A stretch of 64,000 bases of DNA. Source: Burkholderiales bacterium. Lineage in GTDB: Bacteria > Pseudomonadota > Gammaproteobacteria > Burkholderiales > Burkholderiaceae_C. The stretch is from positions 489 through 64,488 of the forward strand of contig JBBQYL010000001.1 in the NCBI GenBank assembly GCA_038208735.1, read 5' to 3'. Positions 55,447-64,000 of this stretch are shown here, piece after piece. Numbering within the stretch: position 1 is the first letter of the stretch; each line of letters starts with the position of its first letter. Below the pieces are notes generated by a model. That model was not told where the DNA came from. It saw only the letters and a list, made by a program, of their open reading frames with translations, and searched no databases. The position numbers and the translations under genes were made by a program.

Positions 55447-56694
55447 ATGACCTCCATCCTCCGGGCGTTCCTGCTCGCGGCCGCTGCATTGTCCGGAACG
55501 GGCGCCAGCGTCGCCGCGACGACGATCACGCTGGCCACCTTTCCCGATCTCGACCGCGCCGCCAGGGCCGCGCTGCCCCGCTGGCATGCGGCGCATCCCG
55601 ACATCGACGTGAAGATCGTCTCGCGGCAATACGCCGACCATCATGACGCGATGACGACCGCGCTGGCCACCGGCTCGGGCCTGCCCGACGTGATGGCCAT
55701 CGATTTCAAGTACATCGGCAAGTTCAGCGGCTCGGGCGGGTTCGAGAACCTATACGTTGCCCCGTATGGCGCGGACGCGTTGCGGGCGGCGTTTCCCGCC
55801 TACACGCTCGCCCAGGCCAGCAACGCGCGGGGCGAGCTGGGCGCGCTGCCGGCCGACATCGGTCCCGGCACGCTGCTGTACCGCGCCGACCTCGTGGCCA
55901 AGGCCGGGCTCACCGAGGCCGACCTCACGAAGGACTGGCCCACGTTCATCGCCGCGGGCGTCAAGCTCAAGGCCGCCACCGGCGCCTGCCTGCTGGCCAG
56001 CAGCAGCGACATCGTCGACATCGTGCTGCGCTCCAACCTGCCGCCCGGCGAGGGCATCTATTTCGACCACGCGGGCAAGGTGCTGGTGGACGACGCCCGC
56101 TTCGTGCGCGCGTTCGAGCTGGGCCGCGCCGCGCACCTGGCCGGCATCGACGCGGGCACCACGATGTGGACCAACGAGTGGGTGGCGGGCTTTCGCTCCG
56201 GCCGCATCGCCGGCCAGATGATGGGCTCGTGGCTCGCCGGCCACCTGAAGAACTGGCTCGCGCCCGACACCGCCGGCAAATGGCGTTCGGCGCCGCTGCC
56301 CGGCGGCGTGTACGCGTCGTACGGCGGCTCGTTCTACGCGATTCCCAAGCGGGCTCAGCACAAGGCCGAGGCCTGGGCGTTCATCCGCTTCCTCACCACC
56401 GACCGCGAGACGCAGCTCGACTCGCTGCGCGAGTTCGGCAACTTCCCGTCGCTGCTCGCGGCACAGCAGGATCCGGTGGTGGCCGCGCCCATCGCCTTCC
56501 TGGGCGGCCAGCCGGCCGGCGTGCTTTGGCGCGAGACCGCCTTGAAGGTGCCTGCCATCCCCGTGGACAAGTACGACTCGATGGCCACCGATGCCGTCCG
56601 GTCCGAGTACCAGAACGTGATCGCCGACGGCAAGGACATCCACGCCGCCCTCGCCGATGCCAAGGACCTGATCGAACACCGTGCGCGTCGCTGA
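55447..56694 (+). CDS. Carbohydrate ABC transporter (CUT1) substrate-binding protein
   Basis: Signal peptide, ALATGSGLPDV, LPADIGPGTLLYRADL, WRSAPLPG..GGSFYAIP. Confidence 0.92.
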   Translation: MTSILRAFLLAAAALSGTGASVAATTITLATFPDLDRAARAALPRWHAAHPDIDVKIVSRQYADHHDAMTTALATGSGLPDVMAIDFKYIGKFSGSGGFENLYVAPYGADALRAAFPAYTLAQASNARGELGALPADIGPGTLLYRADLVAKAGLTEADLTKDWPTFIAAGVKLKAATGACLLASSSDIVDIVLRSNLPPGEGIYFDHAGKVLVDDARFVRAFELGRAAHLAGIDAGTTMWTNEWVAGFRSGRIAGQMMGSWLAGHLKNWLAPDTAGKWRSAPLPGGVYASYGGSFYAIPKRAQHKAEAWAFIRFLTTDRETQLDSLREFGNFPSLLAAQQDPVVAAPIAFLGGQPAGVLWRETALKVPAIPVDKYDSMATDAVRSEYQNVIADGKDIHAALADAKDLIEHRARR

Positions 56695-56704
56695 AGCCCT
56701 CTCC

Positions 56705-57598
56705 ATGAACCCGAAGCTGCTTCGCAAGCTCGCCCCCTACGCCTTCATCGCGCCGTTCTTCGTGCTGTTCGGCGTGTTCGGGCTGTTCCCGCTGCTGTTC
56801 TCCATCTGGCTGTCGCTGCACCAGTGGGACGCCGCGTCGGGGCTGGCGGCGATGCACTGGGTGGGCCTGGAAAACTACCGCTACGCGATCACCGACCCGT
56901 GGTTCGTGAAGTCGCTGGGCAACACGCTGTGGTTCGCGGTGGCCTCGGGCGTGCCGCAGCACCTGGTGGCGCTGCCGCTGGCGTTCCTGATCCACACGAC
57001 GCTCAAGCGCAGCCGCAACTTCGTGGTCGGCGCCTACTTCGTCCCCTATGTGACGTCGAGCGTGGCGATCGCGCTGATCTTCACCACGCTGTTCTCGAAG
57101 GACTTCGGCGTCATCAACGCGATGCTGCCCGGCCCGCCCATCGACTGGCTGGGCGACAAGTTCTGGGCCCGCATCACCATCGCCTTCGTCGTGTTCTGGC
57201 GCTACCTGGGCTGGAACGTGGTGCTGTACCTGTCGGCGCTGCAGGTGATCTCGGGCGACCTGTACGAGGCCGCCACGCTGGACGGCGCCTCGCGCTGGCA
57301 GCAGTTCCGCTACGTGGCCCTGCCGCTGCTCAAGCCGATGATGTTCTTCGCGATCACGCTCACGCTGATCGGCAACCTGCAGCTGTTCGAGGAGCCGTTC
57401 ATCCTGATCCCGCCCGACTCGGGCGTGGCCACCAGCGTGATGACCACCGCCACGTTCATGTACCGCATGGCGTTCTCGGACGGCGACTTCGGCACCGCGT
57501 CAGCCGTCTCTTGGCTGCTGTTCTTCATCATCGCGGCGCTCACCTGGGGCAACGCGCGCCTGTTCGGCAAGGAAGGAGCGAGCGATGTCGCGCGCTGA
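56705..57598 (+). CDS. Carbohydrate ABC permease 1
   Basis: PYAFIAPF, GLENY, LYEAATLDGASRWQQFRYVALP (EAA loop). Confidence 0.95.
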   Translation: MNPKLLRKLAPYAFIAPFFVLFGVFGLFPLLFSIWLSLHQWDAASGLAAMHWVGLENYRYAITDPWFVKSLGNTLWFAVASGVPQHLVALPLAFLIHTTLKRSRNFVVGAYFVPYVTSSVAIALIFTTLFSKDFGVINAMLPGPPIDWLGDKFWARITIAFVVFWRYLGWNVVLYLSALQVISGDLYEAATLDGASRWQQFRYVALPLLKPMMFFAITLTLIGNLQLFEEPFILIPPDSGVATSVMTTATFMYRMAFSDGDFGTASAVSWLLFFIIAALTWGNARLFGKEGASDVAR

Positions 57599-58418
57599 AG
57601 CCCTGACGCCATCACGCGTGATCACGCTCCTGCTCGTTGCGGCCGGCGTCGTCCTGCTGGCCGCGCCGTTCTGGTTCACCTTCGTGTTCGCCACGCAGTC
57701 GCGCGCCGACATCTTCGCCACGCCGCCGCCGTTCTGGTTCGGCACGCACTTCCTGGACAACCTGCGGCTGCTGCTGGAGCGCCTGCCGTTCTGGCGCAAC
57801 CTGGGCCTGAGCCTGTACGTGGCCACCATGACCACCGCGCTCAACCTGCTGCTGTGCGCGCTGGCCGGCTATGCGTTCGCGGTGCACGAGTTCGCCGGCA
57901 AGAAGGTGCTGTTCGCGCTGGTGGTGGGCTCCATGATGCTGCCGAGCTTCCTCAACATGATCCCCACCTTCATGGTGATGGACCAGCTCGGGTGGATCGA
58001 CCAGCCGCGCGCGCTGTACGTGCCCGGCGCGGCCGGCGCGCTGGGCATCTTCCTGATGCGCCAGTACATCGGCTCGGCCATCCCACGCGACCTGATCGAC
58101 GCCGCCCGCATGGACGGCAGCGGCGAGCTGCGCACGTTCTGGAGCGTGGTGATGCCGCTGTGCGGCCCCGCGCTCGGCACGCTGGGCCTGATCACCTTCA
58201 TCAACGCCTGGAACAACTTCGTCGGGCCGCTGGTGGTGATGCGCAGCGTCGAGAACTACACCGTGCCGCTGGCGCTGCGCAGCATGCAGAGCCCCAACAA
58301 CACCGAGTGGGGCGCGTTGATGGCCGGCAGCGCCATCGCGATGCTGCCGCTGCTCGTCGCCTTCGTCTTTTCCGCACGTCGCCTGGTCGCCGGCCTCACC
58401 GCCGGCGCCGTCAAGTGA
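57585..58418 (+). CDS. Carbohydrate ABC permease 2
   Basis: LAGYAFA, SMMLP, DAARMDGSGELRTFWSVVMP, WNNFVGPL. Confidence 0.95.
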   Translation: MSRAEALTPSRVITLLLVAAGVVLLAAPFWFTFVFATQSRADIFATPPPFWFGTHFLDNLRLLLERLPFWRNLGLSLYVATMTTALNLLLCALAGYAFAVHEFAGKKVLFALVVGSMMLPSFLNMIPTFMVMDQLGWIDQPRALYVPGAAGALGIFLMRQYIGSAIPRDLIDAARMDGSGELRTFWSVVMPLCGPALGTLGLITFINAWNNFVGPLVVMRSVENYTVPLALRSMQSPNNTEWGALMAGSAIAMLPLLVAFVFSARRLVAGLTAGAVK

Positions 58419-58426
58419 ATCCCCCC

Positions 58427-59794
58427 ATGAGCTCCTCACAGTTTCCCTTTCCCACCCTGCCGGCCCACTTCACGCTGGGCGTGGCCACCAGCGCCGCGCA
58501 GATCGAAGGCAGCGCGCCCGGCGACGGCAAGGGCCCGTCGATCTGGGACGCGTTCTGCGCGACGCCCGGCAAGATCAAGGACGGCTCCAACATCGACGTG
58601 GCCTGCGACCACCTGCACCGCATGCCCGAGGACGTCGAGCGCATGACGTGGCTGGGCCTGGATGCCTACCGTTTCTCGTTCGCCTGGCCGCGCGTGCAGC
58701 CGCTGGGGCAGGGCGCCTGGAACGAGACCGGCTTCGCGTTCTACGACCGGCTGATCGACACCCTGCTGGCCGCGGGCATCGCGCCGCACGCCACGCTGCA
58801 CCACTGGGACCTGCCGCAGGCGCTGCAGGAATCCGTCGGTGGCTGGCAGTCGCGCGCGACCGCTGAACATTTCGCCGTCTACGCCGCCGAGATCGCGCGC
58901 CGCTTCGGCGATCGGCTGGCCTCCATCTCCACGCTCAACGAACCCTGGTGCGTGGCCACCCTCGGCTACGAGCGCGGCCAGTTCGCGCCGGGCCTCACCA
59001 GCCGCAAGGCCGCGATGCAGGTGTCGCACCACCTGCTGCTGGGCCACGCCCTGGCCATGCAGGCGATGCGCGAGGTGGCCGCGGCCGACCCGGCCGGCCG
59101 CCATCCGCAGCTGGGCATCGTGCTGAACCACACGCCGGCGTTCGCCGCGGAGAAGACGCCGTCCGACCTGCAGGCAGCGCGCATCGCCGACGGCCTCGAC
59201 GTGCGCTGGTACATGGATCCGCTGTTCCGCGGCGCCTATCCGGCCGACGCGATCGACGACCTCGGCGACGACGCGCCGGTCGTCGAGCCCGGGGACTTCG
59301 CCGTCATCCGCCAGCCAATGGACTTCCTGGGCATCAACCTCTACACCCGCCTGTGGGTGAGCACGCGCGAGCCGAAGATTCCGGCGCCGGAGCCGCATGG
59401 CGTCAACGACATGGGCTGGGAGATCGTGCCCGAGGTGCTGACGCAGCACCTGGTGCGCCTGACGCGCGACTACATGCCGCCGCCCATCCTCATCACCGAG
59501 AACGGCATGGCCAACGCCGACATCGTGACGGCCGACGGCGCGGTGGACGACACGCCGCGGGTGGCCTACGTGCAGGCGCACCTGGCCGCGGTGCAGAAGG
59601 CCATCGAGCTCGGCGCCGACGTGCGCGGCTATTTCTACTGGAGCCTGCTCGACAACTTCGAGTGGGACTCGGGCTACGCGAAGCGCTTCGGCCTGTTTCG
59701 CGTGGACTACGACACGCAGGCGCGCACGCCCAAGGCGAGCGCGCACTGGTACCGCGACTTCATCGCGAACCAGAAGCTTTCACGTACGGAGTAG
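58427..59794 (+). CDS. GH1 beta-glucosidase
   Basis: GVATSAAQIEG, YRFSFAWPRV, HWDLPQ, TLNEPW (acid/base), ITENG (nucleophile), WSLLDNFEW. Confidence 0.96.
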   Translation: MSSSQFPFPTLPAHFTLGVATSAAQIEGSAPGDGKGPSIWDAFCATPGKIKDGSNIDVACDHLHRMPEDVERMTWLGLDAYRFSFAWPRVQPLGQGAWNETGFAFYDRLIDTLLAAGIAPHATLHHWDLPQALQESVGGWQSRATAEHFAVYAAEIARRFGDRLASISTLNEPWCVATLGYERGQFAPGLTSRKAAMQVSHHLLLGHALAMQAMREVAAADPAGRHPQLGIVLNHTPAFAAEKTPSDLQAARIADGLDVRWYMDPLFRGAYPADAIDDLGDDAPVVEPGDFAVIRQPMDFLGINLYTRLWVSTREPKIPAPEPHGVNDMGWEIVPEVLTQHLVRLTRDYMPPPILITENGMANADIVTADGAVDDTPRVAYVQAHLAAVQKAIELGADVRGYFYWSLLDNFEWDSGYAKRFGLFRVDYDTQARTPKASAHWYRDFIANQKLSRTE

Positions 59795-59797
59795 GCG

Positions 59798-60910
<1,113 letters not shown>

Positions 60911-60915
60911 AAGGC

Positions 60916-60953
60916 GTCTGGCATTGCCTGCGAGTACGCAGGAGATGCCAGAC
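60916..60953. terminator. Hairpin between convergent genes
   Basis: gtctggcat-tg-cctgcg-agta-cgcagg-ag-atgccagac. Confidence 0.65.
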
Positions 60954-60963
60954 CCCTTCGCGC

Positions 60964-62397
60964 TTACTTCTTCTTCAGCGAATTGAGCGCGCTGAACGCC
61001 AGCGCCATCGCCGTGGGCGTGGCGGGCGACGACACGACGTTCGGGCGCGAGGAACGCGAATCGTCCGGACGCGGCGGGCGGCGATCGTCGTCGCGGCGGG
61101 GACCGCGCGGCGCGTCGGAACGCGGCCCGTTGTTCGGGCCACGCGGGCCGTCGGCGCGCGGGCCGCGGCTGTCGGGACGCGGACCGTTGCGCGGGCCGTC
61201 GGGACGCGGACCGCGCGGGGCGTCCAGCGGGCCTCGCGGGCGATCGGCCTGCGGCGCGTCGCTGCGCGGACCTGGCGGGCGATCGCCGCGCGGACCTTGC
61301 GGACGATCGGTGCGCGGTGCGTCGGTACGCGGGCCCTGCGGGCGATCAGCACGCGGCGCGTCGGTGCGCGGGCCCTGTGGGCGAGCGGCACGCGGTGCGT
61401 CGGTGCTCGGACCCTGCAGGCGATCCGTGCGCGGCCCGTCGGTGCGCGCACCCTGCGGTCGATCGTTGCGAGGCGGGCGGGGCGGACGCGGCGCAGCGCC
61501 CGGCGCATCACCCTGCGGCGCGGCGCCATCGACCGGCGCGGCGCCATCGACCGGCGCAGCGGCTTGCGCATCGCGCGGCGGGCGCGCGTTGCGCTGGCCT
61601 TCCGGACGCGGACCACGATTCGCGTTCGGGTTCGGCCCGCGGCGGTCGCGGTTGAACGCGGGCGCCGGCGGCGGCTCCAGCGCTTCCTTGCGGGCGCGCG
61701 CCAGCAGCGGATCGAGCTCGCCTTCGGGCACGTTGCGGCTGGTGGCGAACTCGGCCGCCGGCAGCGTGTTGGCCTCGAACTCGCGCAGCAGCGTGGCGCG
61801 GTTGGCGCGTTGCTCGTTCTCGAGCGCGATACGCGCCTGGGTATTGGCGCGGCGGCGCGCCAGCTCCTCGGTGGCGGCCACGCGGTGTTCGTCGCTCAGC
61901 TCGTCGCCGGGGGCACCGTCGAGGTCATAGCGGTGCGTGGCCTTGACCAGCGCATTGAGATACGCGTGGCTGCCCGTGTAGCGGCGCAGGAACGCCGACA
62001 GCTGCGGCTTGGTGAACAGGCCCGGCGAGCGTGCCTGGATGTCGGCCTGGATACGCAGCTTGATCGGCTTGGGCGGATTGGAGAACAGCGCCGGATACAA
62101 CTTGCGGAGTTGCGGTCCGCAGTCTTCCTGCGCGGGACGAGCGGCGGCGCCCGCCGGCTCCGCGGTTTCGCCGGCGTCGCCGGCGTCGCCAGTTTCGGCC
62201 GGTTCGGCCGCATCGATGGGATCGACCGGATCGGCGGAATCGGCCGACGGTCGGGCGGCTGCGGCGTCGGTGGACGCCTCCTCGGCGGGGGCAGCGGCGG
62301 GCGCCGACTCGGGCACGCCATCGGTCGCCAGGGGCAGCGACTGGGGTGCGGAATCGTCGCCTTCAGGCGGCATCGAGGACGGGGGAAGCGAAGACAT
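60964..62397 (-). CDS. ProQ/FinO-domain RNA-binding protein with acidic N-terminal and long Pro/Arg/Gly/Asp C-terminal disordered regions (start uncertain)
   Basis: LYPALF..PPKPIKLRIQADI, FLRRYTGSHAYLNAL, RYDLDGAP FinO-domain signature. Confidence 0.85.
   Translation of the reverse strand: MSSLPPSSMPPEGDDSAPQSLPLATDGVPESAPAAAPAEEASTDAAAARPSADSADPVDPIDAAEPAETGDAGDAGETAEPAGAAARPAQEDCGPQLRKLYPALFSNPPKPIKLRIQADIQARSPGLFTKPQLSAFLRRYTGSHAYLNALVKATHRYDLDGAPGDELSDEHRVAATEELARRRANTQARIALENEQRANRATLLREFEANTLPAAEFATSRNVPEGELDPLLARARKEALEPPPAPAFNRDRRGPNPNANRGPRPEGQRNARPPRDAQAAAPVDGAAPVDGAAPQGDAPGAAPRPPRPPRNDRPQGARTDGPRTDRLQGPSTDAPRAARPQGPRTDAPRADRPQGPRTDAPRTDRPQGPRGDRPPGPRSDAPQADRPRGPLDAPRGPRPDGPRNGPRPDSRGPRADGPRGPNNGPRSDAPRGPRRDDDRRPPRPDDSRSSRPNVVSSPATPTAMALAFSALNSLKKK
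61299..61454 (-). repeat. Four degenerate 39-bp tandem units encoding RPQGPRTDAPRAD-like repeats
   Basis: Units start at 61299, 61338, 61377 and 61416 on the plus strand, each ending ccct. Confidence 0.85.
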
Positions 62398-62493
62398 TCG
62401 GCAGCGGAGACAAAGCGGTGAAGGGGCGTATTGTCGCAATGATTGGGGTCGCGTGCTGCAACACCTCCCCAGGCCGTGCGAAAAGAGTGCCTC

Positions 62494-63213
62494 TCAGGGC
62501 TTTGGCGCCTCGTCTCCGGCCTCGGCCTTCGAGGCCAGCTGGCGGGCCACTTCCTGCACAGACGCCTCCGAACGCTCGATGAAATGCGCGTGCATGTCCT
62601 CGCGGATCTGCTCGGCCGTCGCGTTCATCTTGGCGCCCAATGGGGATTGCCAGAAGGCCAAAATCTCGGCGCGCTCCTGCTCGTCGAAGTGGCGGTCCAG
62701 CGGATCTCCCTTCACGGGCTGGCGGCTTTCGGCGACGAGCGTGGGGCCCAGCGCGCTCAGCTTGCGGCCGGTGGGCGAGCCGAAGAACGCGGTGATCTGG
62801 CGGATCTCGGCAGTCTCGAAATACTTCGAATAGATCTCGTAGGCGGTGTACGCGGCCAGTTCGTCGGCGTCGAAGCGCTGCAGCGCGGACTGCAGGTCGC
62901 GCCGGCCCTGCGCCAGCAGCGCGGGAACGCGCGCGTGCGCGGCCTCGGCCAGCGCCGGCTTGGCGAACTTGTCATGGTCAAGGTCGGCGTGCGTGGCGTC
63001 CTCCAGCCGCGGCAGCGAATCGCGCGCGATCTTGGGCGCCATCTGCGGCCAGACTTCGGCCAGGCGGTACGCGCCGATGAACTCGGCCAGGGCCTGCCGC
63101 TTGTCGTCGGTCGGCGCGCTGGCGGCAGGCGCGTTGGCGGGCTGCGCGTGCGTCGTCGTGGCGGCCAGCGCGAGCAGCAGGGCGGGGAGCGCGAAACGGG
63201 CGATGGGCGTCAT
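62494..63213 (-). CDS. Exported DUF2059-like protein
   Basis: Signal peptide; two copies of E..I.AF..SP.G.K. Confidence 0.75.
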   Translation of the reverse strand: MTPIARFALPALLLALAATTTHAQPANAPAASAPTDDKRQALAEFIGAYRLAEVWPQMAPKIARDSLPRLEDATHADLDHDKFAKPALAEAAHARVPALLAQGRRDLQSALQRFDADELAAYTAYEIYSKYFETAEIRQITAFFGSPTGRKLSALGPTLVAESRQPVKGDPLDRHFDEQERAEILAFWQSPLGAKMNATAEQIREDMHAHFIERSEASVQEVARQLASKAEAGDEAPKP

Positions 63214-63283
63214 CGCCTCATTCTCGCGCCTTCGCGCGGCGCAGGTCGCCCGGCGGCGAATCGCCTGCGCCACAATGCGTCGC

Positions 63284-64000
63284 ATGGAGACCCCTCGCCT
63301 CGCCATGCGCCTGCCCGCGCACGTGCTCAACGGCCTGGCCGTGGCGCTGGGCATCTCCCTGATCCAGATCACGCTCGCGCTCACCGCGGGCAAGCTGGCG
63401 GCGCTCGCCGCGGCCACCGGCGCCATCTGCGCCAGCCTGGCCGACCTGCCCATCGCGCCGGATCGCACGTGGCGCCGCGTGGGCATGGGCGCGCTGGTGG
63501 GCTGGGCCAGCGGCGTGCTCATCGGCCTGCTGAGCGAGTCGGGCGCGGCGATGGGCTTCATCATCATCTTCCTGTCGTTCAGCGCCACCATGGCGCTGGC
63601 TTGGGGGCTGCGCGCCGGGCCGCTGTCGTTCATCCCCATCCTGGCGCTCATCTTCACCCTGGCCGCGCCGCCGCACGGCACGCACGCGCTGCTGGTGCAC
63701 GCGGGCTGGTCGGCGGTGGGCGGGCTGGCCTACTTCTCGTGGGCGGTGTTCAGCTCGCGCGTGCTGCAACCGCGCTATCGCACGCTGGCGCTGGCCGCCG
63801 CGCTGCAGGCGCTGGCCGCGCTGCTGCGTTCACGCGCCGCTCTGCTGTCGCGCAGCGAGGGCGGCGCGCCGCCGCTGCAGGACTGGATCCGCAGTCAGGT
63901 GGCGCTCGACGAGCGCCTGCAGGCGGCGCGCGACCTGCTGTTTCCCGCGGCCGGCAAGCGCCACGCCGGCCCCGCGATCGCGGTGCTGCTGCAGGCGGTG
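63284..64000 (+). CDS. FUSC/YccS-family inner-membrane protein (5' part; runs past the window end)
   Basis: LNGLAVALGISLI, ATGAICASLADLP, PLSFIPILALIFT, then a soluble helical region. No stop codon before the edge. Confidence 0.8.
   Translation, partial: METPRLAMRLPAHVLNGLAVALGISLIQITLALTAGKLAALAAATGAICASLADLPIAPDRTWRRVGMGALVGWASGVLIGLLSESGAAMGFIIIFLSFSATMALAWGLRAGPLSFIPILALIFTLAAPPHGTHALLVHAGWSAVGGLAYFSWAVFSSRVLQPRYRTLALAAALQALAALLRSRAALLSRSEGGAPPLQDWIRSQVALDERLQAARDLLFPAAGKRHAGPAIAVLLQAV

Overview
High-GC (roughly 70% by eye), gene-dense bacterial chromosome segment. Gene content suggests a Burkholderiales betaproteobacterium (inference). I saw no rRNA, tRNA, CRISPR array, transposase or integrase. 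Left to right: (1) the start of a paoABC-type periplasmic aldehyde oxidoreductase operon in a patch with several frameshifts; (2) a LysR/MDR oxidoreductase pair and a DUF1631-like protein; (3) a 7.7-kb membrane-lipid cluster (GT2, LplT, Agt-like GT4, Mpo1/DUF962-like protein, membrane-anchored class-III aminotransferase, phosphatidylserine decarboxylase, MprF-like TM protein) with PHO-box-like 11-bp repeats; (4) tag, then a hicA remnant and an intact hicB; (5) an AraC/AGPS-like/GlpD/FGGY glycerolipid operon with two hexamer repeats; (6) a MauG-like di-heme lipoprotein and porin behind a Fur-like box; (7) modABC; (8) an uncharacterised lipoprotein/hairpin-protein pair, stress genes, aqpZ, dbpA, REC-EAL, cbpAM, trx-ccdA and a Spy/OmpR/HK module; (9) a beta-glucoside uptake locus (TonB receptor, ABC transporter, GH1) sharing a symmetric double LacI operator with a flavin-dependent halogenase-lacI operon; (10) a ProQ protein with a long repetitive disordered tail. 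The best candidates for an undescribed system are the putative PhoB-controlled amino-/glycolipid remodelling cluster (8172-15883), the sugar-regulated halogenase, and the Fur-boxed porin/MauG-like pair. All family calls come from motif recognition by eye; no database search was run.
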